In this document: piece by piece, positions 8,083 to 15,900 of the stretch
Numbering within the stretch: position 1 is the stretch's first letter
Layout of the letters: every line of letters starts with the position of its first letter
Assembly (NCBI GenBank): GCA_043738925.1
Contig: JAYUFA010000285.1
Coordinates: 1 to 35,015, forward strand
DNA from: Actinomycetota bacterium
GTDB lineage: Bacteria > Actinomycetota > Acidimicrobiia > Acidimicrobiales > WLNW01
DNA: 35,015 bases
Direction: 5' to 3'
Made by a program: the position numbers and the translations under genes
Notes under the pieces: generated by a model
Database searches by the model: none
What the model was told of the DNA's origin: nothing
Seen by the model: only the letters and a program-made list of their open reading frames with translations

Positions 8083-9729
8083 ATGAGCGGCCGACAAAGC
8101 GATCCGGAGCTTGCCTACCGCCGACGTTGGTACACGTTGTTGGTGTTGTGCCTGAGCTTGATGGTGATCGGGCTCGACAACACCATCCTCAACGTGGCGA
8201 TACCGACGCTGGCGAAACCGGCATCGGCGGGTGGTCTGGCCGCCGCCGGCAGCCAGCTGCAATGGATCGTCGATGCGTACACCATCGTGTTCGCCGGGCT
8301 CTTGTTGACGGCGGGCAGTCTCGGTGATCGGTTCGGGCGCTATCGCAGCCTCACCTTCGGGCTGATCGTATTCGGCATCGGCTCGGCCATATCGGCGGCA
8401 GCATCATCGGCTGACGTACTGATCGCCACCCGCGCGCTGATGGGCGCCGGGGCCGCATTCATCATGCCGTCGACACTGTCGATCCTGACCAACGTTTTTC
8501 AGGACAACAGTGAGCGGGCCAAGGCCATCGGTGTGTGGGCCGGCGTGAGCGCCATCGGCATCGGCATCGGGCCGCTCGCCGGCGGGTTCCTCCTGACGCA
8601 CTTTTGGTGGGGTTCCGTGTTCCTCGTCAACGTACCGATCGTGATCGGCGCGCTCGTGTTGGGATACCGGTTCATTCCCGAATCCAAGGACCCATCCGCA
8701 CCGAGGCTCGACCCGGCCGGCGCACTGCTGTCGATGGCAGGCCTCGGAGCCTTGCTGTGGGGCATCATCGAAGGCCCCGCCAAGGGCTGGACATCGGGCA
8801 CCGTGGTTGCAGGCTTCGGCACGGGCATCGTGGTGCTGGCCGCGTTCTTCATCTGGGAGCTGCGCTGCGCCGAGCCGATGCTCGACGTGCGCTACTTCCG
8901 CAACCGACGCTTCTCGGCCGCGAGCGGCGCAGTCACCATCACCTTCCTCACGCTGTTCGGCACCATCTTTCTGCTCACGCAGTATTTCCAAGCCGTGCTG
9001 GGTTACTCGACGATGAAGGCCGGCGCCATGCTGATCCCCCAAGCGCTGCTCATGATGATCTTTGCGCCGATGTCGACGCATTGGGTCCAACGCTTCGGCA
9101 CCAAACGCGTCGTGGTCTTCGGGATGGTCGTTGTCGTTGCGACGTTGCTCTCGATGACGACGTTCCAAACGAACAGCTCCACGCTGCACGTCATCTGCAT
9201 CACGGCGCTCCTCGGTCTCGGCGTCTCGCACGTCATGCCGGCATCCACCGAGTCGATCATGAGCTCGCTGCCACGCGAAAAGGCCGGGGTCGGATCTGCG
9301 ATGAACGACACCACTCGTCAGGTTGGCGGCGCGGTCGGTGTCGCGCTGCTCGGCTCGATCATGTCGTCGCGCTATGGCACGCACGTGGCCGCTCGGCTGG
9401 CCGGAATCGCCTCGCCGTCGACAATCGCCCGAGCAAAGGATTCCGTTGGCGGCGCGGTTGGCCTTGCGAAGAACGACGCTTCGGTCCAGCCGATACGCGA
9501 TCAAGTGTTGTCGGCCGCGCGTAGCGGCTTCGTCACCGGCATGCATACGTCGTTGTATGTCGCAGCGGCCATTGTCGTGGTCGGCGCGATCGGGGTGTAC
9601 CGGTTCTTGCCCGATCGAACAACCGGCGCTGACGCTGACGGGCGCGATAGCGAACTCGAAGGCGAAGGCGAAGGCGAAGGCGAAGGCGAAGGCGAAGGCG
9701 CGATGGTCGTTGCGGGTCATGGCGCCTGA
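8083..9729 (+). CDS. MFS drug/H+ antiporter, DHA2 (EmrB/QacA, 14-TMS) family
   Basis: ATG at 8083 with a GGAGGG RBS. Signature LDNTILNVAIPTL...QWIVDAYTIVFAGLLLTAGSLGDRFGR. About 14 TM helices. Acidic C-terminal tail containing (EG)7. Confidence 0.9.
   Translation: MSGRQSDPELAYRRRWYTLLVLCLSLMVIGLDNTILNVAIPTLAKPASAGGLAAAGSQLQWIVDAYTIVFAGLLLTAGSLGDRFGRYRSLTFGLIVFGIGSAISAAASSADVLIATRALMGAGAAFIMPSTLSILTNVFQDNSERAKAIGVWAGVSAIGIGIGPLAGGFLLTHFWWGSVFLVNVPIVIGALVLGYRFIPESKDPSAPRLDPAGALLSMAGLGALLWGIIEGPAKGWTSGTVVAGFGTGIVVLAAFFIWELRCAEPMLDVRYFRNRRFSAASGAVTITFLTLFGTIFLLTQYFQAVLGYSTMKAGAMLIPQALLMMIFAPMSTHWVQRFGTKRVVVFGMVVVVATLLSMTTFQTNSSTLHVICITALLGLGVSHVMPASTESIMSSLPREKAGVGSAMNDTTRQVGGAVGVALLGSIMSSRYGTHVAARLAGIASPSTIARAKDSVGGAVGLAKNDASVQPIRDQVLSAARSGFVTGMHTSLYVAAAIVVVGAIGVYRFLPDRTTGADADGRDSELEGEGEGEGEGEGEGAMVVAGHGA
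9658..9699 (+). repeat. Hexanucleotide microsatellite (GAAGGC)x7 encoding (EG)7 in the MFS C-terminal tail
   Basis: Seven perfect tandem copies counted in the sequence. Confidence 0.95.
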
Positions 9730-10408
9730 CGCTCGGGTCGATGTCGATGTCGACGTCGACCCCGATCCGCATGCCGTCGGCGACGACGGCCGCGCTCCGT
9801 GCGACAACGGCGCGGTGCGCGGCCGACCGCGGTCCAAAGAACGCGAACGCGAAATACTCGCCGCGGCAATCAACGTGCTCGTGACCGAGGGCTACGACGC
9901 GATGACCATCGAAGGGGTCGCCGCGGCAGCGGGAGCGGGTAAGGCCACCCTCTATCGCCGTTGGCGTTGCAAGGCGGATCTCGTCATCGACGCGATTCGC
10001 GCCCACGTCGGGCTACGCGCAGAAATCGTCGACACCGGCGACATCGGCGCGGACATGCGCTCGTTCCTCGAACAAATGCTTGCCGATCTCATCGGTCCCG
10101 ATGGCGCGCTGCTCGCGACGTTCATGGCCGAACGCCTCCGACATCCAGCGCTCGCCGAAGCATTCGAGGCGCAATACGTCTCACAAAAGCGTTCGCAACT
10201 GCGCGACCTCGTGCGCCGAGCAGTCGCCCGCGGCGATCTGTCCGCCGACACGGACATCGACCTGCTCGCCGACGTCGGACCTTCGCTCATGATCTACGAG
10301 TTCGTACAACGCCGCGGCCAACCACGCCCCGACCTTCCCGATCGCATCGTGCGCCAGTTCTTCAGCTCTTCACGTGGCTGCTCCACGAAGAGCACATCGG
10401 GCGCCTGA
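9719..10408 (+). CDS. TetR/AcrR family transcriptional regulator
   Basis: HTH region ILAAAINVLVTEGYDAMTIEGVAAAAGAGKATLYRRWRCKADLV. The ATG at 9719 overlaps the MFS stop by 11 nt. An alternative GTG start at 9815 would remove the low-complexity N-terminal extension. Confidence 0.85.
   Translation: MAPDARVDVDVDVDPDPHAVGDDGRAPCDNGAVRGRPRSKEREREILAAAINVLVTEGYDAMTIEGVAAAAGAGKATLYRRWRCKADLVIDAIRAHVGLRAEIVDTGDIGADMRSFLEQMLADLIGPDGALLATFMAERLRHPALAEAFEAQYVSQKRSQLRDLVRRAVARGDLSADTDIDLLADVGPSLMIYEFVQRRGQPRPDLPDRIVRQFFSSSRGCSTKSTSGA
9737..9760 (+). repeat. Hexanucleotide repeat (GTCGAY)x4 encoding (VD)4 in the N-terminal extension of the TetR ORF
   Basis: gtcgat gtcgat gtcgac gtcgac, read directly. 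Confidence 0.9.
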
Positions 10409-10571
10409 CCGCATCACCAACCTCGAAAACCTCGCCACACGCGACCGGCCGTGTTCTTAGAAGAGTTAGCCACCGCCCAGGTGCACCATCCTTCAAAGCT
10501 CACCAGAATCCGGCAACCGCACACCCGACACCCACCGACCAGCGCAGGACAAGAGCCTTTTCGGCATCCTG

Positions 10572-11651
10572 CTACGGGCGGGGCCGACGATGCTCCGTCC
10601 AGACGGCACCGTCCCACCACCGCTCGGCCGCAGGGTCGCCCGGGTCGACATACCACGCGGGTGGCGCAAGCGCCGCCGCCGTTGCATCGTCGTCTGTTGT
10701 CGCAGAGTGGGCTGATGTGGCAGAGAGGATTGACCGCGGCGTTCGCGGCAACGAGAGCACGTAAACCGCCGCCAACAGCGCGGCGCCGAACACCGCGATC
10801 ACCAACGCGTTCTTATAGACGTCGCCAGAATTGAGGAGCTGCGACGTGAGCGCGAGACACCCGACAACGACGCCGGCAGCGCCAAGCCACGTCGTCAATC
10901 GCCGTCCGCCGGCATCGCCCACGAACGAGAGCGCAAGACTCGCGCCGACAACGAGCAAGGGGCCGCCCGGGCCGTCGATGCGCGCAACCGTGCCGAGCAC
11001 ACCGGACACGAACGCAAGGTCACCTACGGCGATGAACGGGGTGGCGAAGCCGGACCAACCGCGTCGATCGAATACGAGACCGAGGACCAACATCGTCACG
11101 CCGATCACGAGCGAGAGCGACCATGCGGCGTGGTCCTGGAGGAACGGCGTCACGTCGCCGGTTCCGATCGACGCGTTCGCGGCCAGAGAGACTGCGGTGA
11201 GCCAACCTGCGGCCAACGCCAACCCGAGAAACAATGACCGGCGTGTCCTCGGCACGAGCCACACAACGACCCAGCCGACAGTCGCTACAAGCAGCGTCAA
11301 CGTCGGAGAGTCGGTATCGGAGCGAATGGTGACCGCACCGGCGAAGATCGCCGGGGCGGGCGCGATCATCGTGAGCGCGGCCGGCGCGAACATGGCAGGC
11401 GCACGGAGCAGGACCAAGTAGCCCGCCGCGGCGAGCAACAGCGCGACCAGCGCGGCCGCCACGCGCGGCGAGTCTTTCAACACGTTCCCCAGGACGCCAC
11501 TTGCTCCGATACCGACGAGGGCACCGCCGGCCGCCGCAACCGCGCCATGGAACGTCGGTCGTGGCCGATCAAACAGAGCGATGCCGTACGGCTCGAGGAA
11601 GGACGGAGCAACCGCGCGCGTCTGTTCCTGCCTGCTCCCTTCATCCCCCAT
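10572..11651 (-). CDS. Polytopic membrane protein with a C-terminal DUF2510-like motif
   Basis: C-terminal 359 aa of the 10572..12491 ORF. Multiple hydrophobic helices. The tail WYVDPGDPAAERWWDGAVWTEH matches the DUF2510 pattern. The start at 11651 is the first ATG not antisense to the cyclase gene and remains uncertain. Confidence 0.6.
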   Translation of the reverse strand: MGDEGSRQEQTRAVAPSFLEPYGIALFDRPRPTFHGAVAAAGGALVGIGASGVLGNVLKDSPRVAAALVALLLAAAGYLVLLRAPAMFAPAALTMIAPAPAIFAGAVTIRSDTDSPTLTLLVATVGWVVVWLVPRTRRSLFLGLALAAGWLTAVSLAANASIGTGDVTPFLQDHAAWSLSLVIGVTMLVLGLVFDRRGWSGFATPFIAVGDLAFVSGVLGTVARIDGPGGPLLVVGASLALSFVGDAGGRRLTTWLGAAGVVVGCLALTSQLLNSGDVYKNALVIAVFGAALLAAVYVLSLPRTPRSILSATSAHSATTDDDATAAALAPPAWYVDPGDPAAERWWDGAVWTEHRRPRP

Positions 11652-11684
11652 GCCGACGAGCCTAGACGGTGCAACGATGGCGGC

Positions 11685-12659
11685 ATGGCAACAAGCGAAC
11701 AGGCACCACCGACCACCGCGGACGTCCTCGAGTACTTCACCACGTTGTCGAATTGGGGACGCTGGGGCGAGGACGACACGCGAGGAACGTTGAACTACAT
11801 CACACCTAGCGTGACGTGCGCCGCGGCCGCGGAGATACGCGAGGGCGTCTCGGTCTCGTGCGCGTGGGATATCGATGGCACGCCGGATCTTCATGGGCCG
11901 TCGCAACGATTCATGATCAACATCGGTCAAGGCCTCGGCGACGAGAACCGCGTTCTGCCGAAGCACCGCCGCGCCACCGACCGCAGCGCTGGAGCTGCCG
12001 AATACGTGGGCTTCGCATTCCACGGAATGAACATGACCCACATCGACGCGCTCTCGCACATCTTCTGGGACAAACAGATGTTCAACGGCAAGCCAGCGGA
12101 GCACGTGACCGCACATGCGGGTGCCGTGAGCCTGGCAATCACCGATATCGCCGATGGCATCACGTCGCGCGGCGTCCTGCTCGATATCGCCGCCACGGAG
12201 GGCGTCGATTGGCTTGAGCCTGGGTTCGGCGTCACACCCGCGCATCTTGATGCCGCGGAGGAGCGCCAAGGCGTGCGGGTTCGTTCCGGTGACATCCTCT
12301 TCCTGCGGGTTGGCTATTCGCGGCGACGGCGAGCCGAGGGAATACGCCCGATGAACCTCGGACAAGCCGGTTTTCACGCGTCGGCGCTGCCGTGGTTGCA
12401 CGAGCGAGGCGTAGCGGCAATCGGCAACGACGGCGGCCAGGACGCCATGCCATCGGGCTATCACCGCGAGGGCCTCGCCATGCCGATCCACGCCATCGGC
12501 ATCACCGCGATGGGCTTATGGCTGGTGGACAACCTTGATCTCGAACCGCTCGCAGACGCGTGCGAGGCTCGCCGGCGCTGGACCTTCTTCGTCCACCTCG
12601 CGCCGCTCCGCCTGGCCGGCGCGACCGGATCGCCGCTCAACCCGATCGCCATCTTCTGA
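11685..12659 (+). CDS. Putative cyclase / arylformamidase (KynB-like, PF04199-type) metal-dependent hydrolase
   Basis: Internal ATG at 11685. FHGMNMTHIDALSH resembles the HxGTHxDxPxH metal motif of this family. It lies on the same strand as the NRPS gene, 254 nt upstream of it. Confidence 0.75.
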   Translation: MATSEQAPPTTADVLEYFTTLSNWGRWGEDDTRGTLNYITPSVTCAAAAEIREGVSVSCAWDIDGTPDLHGPSQRFMINIGQGLGDENRVLPKHRRATDRSAGAAEYVGFAFHGMNMTHIDALSHIFWDKQMFNGKPAEHVTAHAGAVSLAITDIADGITSRGVLLDIAATEGVDWLEPGFGVTPAHLDAAEERQGVRVRSGDILFLRVGYSRRRRAEGIRPMNLGQAGFHASALPWLHERGVAAIGNDGGQDAMPSGYHREGLAMPIHAIGITAMGLWLVDNLDLEPLADACEARRRWTFFVHLAPLRLAGATGSPLNPIAIF

Positions 12660-12912
12660 CGCGAGTCGGCGCACGACACGACGTCGGCCAAAATCCTCTT
12701 TGCCGGGCCGCAGTCGCTCAAGGACCCCTCGTGGCTGCCGATTCTGCGAGGAACCCTTCGCGTTCTAGCTGAGATGACATGACAGACACTCTTGCTTTCC
12801 CAAATCCTGACCAAACTCCGTTCACGCGGGGCGCCATATGCTCAAGAATTGAAGCACGACGTCCGTTCCCGGTCGTCACCTCGCCGAGCGGGTCAGCCGA
12901 ACTGAGGTCGCG

Positions 12913-15900
12913 TTGAACGACCACAACGAGTCTCACGACCACGCTGCGTGGCGCTGCGCGTTCATCGGCGACGAATCCCTCGCTGCGCAATGCAGCGAGA
13001 TCGCCCGCCAGCACGGCCTCGTCGTCGCGGTAATCGCTACGAACAACCCGCAGGTTCGTCGCTACGCCGAGGAGAACGACATCGCGTGCGTCGATTCCGC
13101 AGGCGATCTCGCGGCCACACTGGCGCAGCATGAGTTCGACGTGTTGCTGAGCGTCGCCAACCTGCGCGTCCTGTCCGACGCGGTGCTCTCGCTCGCGCCG
13201 GTGAACATCAACTTCCATGATGGACCGCTACCCGGCTACGGGGGTCTCAACGTAACGAGTTGGGCCATCCTCGGCGGCGAACGCCAGCACGCCATCACCT
13301 GGCACATCATGACGGCCGACGTCGACGGCGGCGAAGTCATCACGACCGAATTGATGCCGATCCTTGCCGATGACACCGCGTTCTCGCTGAACGCACGCTG
13401 CTACGAAGCTGGTGTCAGCAGCTTCGCCAGGGTCGCCGAGCAGCTCGCAGCGCGCACCCTGCGGACCACCGCGCAACCGGCAGGCGAGCGCCGCATGTTC
13501 GGCAAGTTTGCCCGACCCGCGACCTTGTTCGATCCTCAGGCACCTGCGGCCGACACCGATCGTTTGCTGCGCGCCATCTCGCTCGGGTCGCGTTATCGCA
13601 ACACATTGGGCTCGCTGCGCATCGTGCTCGACAACGCGGTGTACGTGCTCGAACGCACCCGCGTGCTCGACGCAACACCTGGCGTGCCGGCGGGTCACAT
13701 CGTCGCGATCGACGAGGACGGCGTACGCGTCGCGACCACCGAAGCGGACCTACTCCTCATCGAGGTGAGCACCGCATCAGGCTCGGTCGCATCCGTGCGC
13801 GAGATGGTCTCGGGCCGCGGTCTTGCCGCCGGTGACGCGTTTCCCACTCCCCCGTCCTTGCTGGTCGCCGCGTTGGCCGCTGCCGACAATCATCTCGCGC
13901 GCAACGAGACGTTCTGGTTGAACCGACTGGCCCGACTCGAACCCACCGATCCACCACGGGTCTCGTTGACCCCCCTCGACGAGACCTGGTCGTCGACCAA
14001 CATCACCCTGCCCGACAACACGTCGACAGATGACATCGTCGCCTCGGTGGTGCTTTGGTTAGCGCGCGTGAGCGGCACCGGCCGTGCCGCTATGAGTTAC
14101 GACGATGCCGACCTGCGTGCGTCGTGCACGAAGCTCGCACCGCTCGCGCACGGACCGGTCCTCGCGATCGACGTGCCCGATGGGCAAACCTTCGCCGAGT
14201 TGCGCTCGGCGATTGCCGCGGAGCGCGAGCAACTCGCCAAGCGAGGCCCGTTCCTACACGACGCAGTCGGTCGCGACCCGCGCACGCGCGGCAAAAGCAT
14301 TCACACCTCAACCGCGTTTTGTCTCGATACGTCCGAGCAAGCGAGCCGAGTAGGCACGCCCGATGCCACCACCCTGTTGCGCTTCGAGTACACGTCCGAT
14401 TCGCAGACCTTGACCCTGCATCATCGCAACGACGCGTTCGACGCAGCCCATGCGGCACGCGTCGGCGAACAGCTCACCACGTTGCTCGCTGCCACCAGGA
14501 CAACTGCCGAAGCGCGCGTCTACGAGTTGGCGCTGATCGGCCCCACCGAGCAGGCGCTGCTCGACGCGATGAATGCCACCGGCATCGGCTACGACATCAC
14601 CGCCACCGTCGACGAGCTCTTCCGTGCTCAAGCACGACATACGCCGGACGCGCCCGCACTCACTTTCGCGGCACGCACCCTCACCTACGCGCAGCTGCGC
14701 GACGCAACAAATCTGCTCGCCGCCAAGCTTCGCGCCGCAGGAGTTGGCCGCGGCGATCGGGTCGGCATCGCGCTGCCACGCAGCATCGACATGGTGGTCA
14801 GCGTGCTCGCCACACTCGAATGCGGCGCGGCGTACCTTCCGCTCGACCCGACCTATCCAGACGATCGCCTCGATTTCATGGTCGACGATGCGGGCATCAA
14901 AGCCCTTATCGCGCAGGGCGAGATCGCCGTGCGGCTCTCGCGGCCCGGTCTCGCACTCGTGCACCCCAACGACCCTGATGTGGCGGGCAACGAAGCGGCC
15001 CACGATCACGTCGCGAGCGACCTCGCCTACGTCATCTACACATCGGGCTCTACCGGCAAGCCCAAGGGCGTGATGCTCACGCATCGCAACGCCAACAATT
15101 TCTTTGTCGCGATGGACGCGAAGATCGACCCCGAGCATCCCGGCACGTGGCTGTCGGTCACCAGCCTGTCGTTCGACATTTCGGTGCTCGAGCTGCTGTG
15201 GACGCTCACGCGCGGCTATCACGTGGTCCTCAAGGCCGACCGTGGTATCCCCACGCACGCCACGAGCGGGGCTGTCACCGCCACGGTGCCACCCGTCAGC
15301 GCGCGACCGATGTCGCTCAGCCTCTTTTATTTCGCGGCCGGGGAATCGCAGGCCGCCGAGGGCTATCGACTACTCCTCGAAGGCGCGAAGTTCGCCGACA
15401 AGAACGGCTTCGAAGCGGTGTGGACACCCGAGCGACATTTCCATGCGTTCGGTGGCCACTATCCGAACCCATCCGTGGTGAGCGCCGCCGTTGCGGCGAT
15501 AACCGAGCACGTGCACATCCGCGCGGGCAGCGTCGTGCTGCCGCTGCATTCGCCCGTCCGCGTGGCCGAGGAATGGGCCATCGTCGACAATCTCTCGCGC
15601 GGCCGCGTCGGCATCTCCTTCGCCGCAGGTTGGCAACCGAACGACTTCGTGCTGAACCCATCGGTGTATGGCACGGCCAAGGATGCGCTGCCGTCGATGA
15701 TCGACACCGTCAAGCGGTTGTGGCGCGGCGAGACCGTTGACCTCCCCGGTCACGATGGAGTGCCGGTCCCCACGCGCACGTTGCCGCGGCCCGTGCAACC
15801 CGAGCTACCGGTGTGGCTCACGTCGGCGGGTTCTCCGTCGACTTTTGTGCAAGCCGGCACCCTCGGCACGAATCTGCTTACCCACTTGCTCGGCCAATCC

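Noticed and set aside
9658-9760. Tandem repeats considered as a possible CRISPR or mini-array
   Set aside because: The units are only 6 nt, contiguous with no spacers, and lie inside coding sequence. They are in-frame microsatellites, not a CRISPR array.
11652-12491. Upper 280 codons of the minus-strand ORF 10572..12491
   Set aside because: This part is antisense to the cyclase/formamidase gene, which has a clear metal-binding motif. Its translation has no membrane or domain character, unlike the lower 359 codons.
12660-12912. Specific -35/-10 promoter elements, or a small leader ORF, upstream of the NRPS gene
   Set aside because: The region has lower GC than its surroundings and probably holds the promoter. 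The hexamers I could find (for example TTGCTT at 12792 and TATGCT at 12837) are not correctly spaced, and no convincing small ORF or structured leader was visible.
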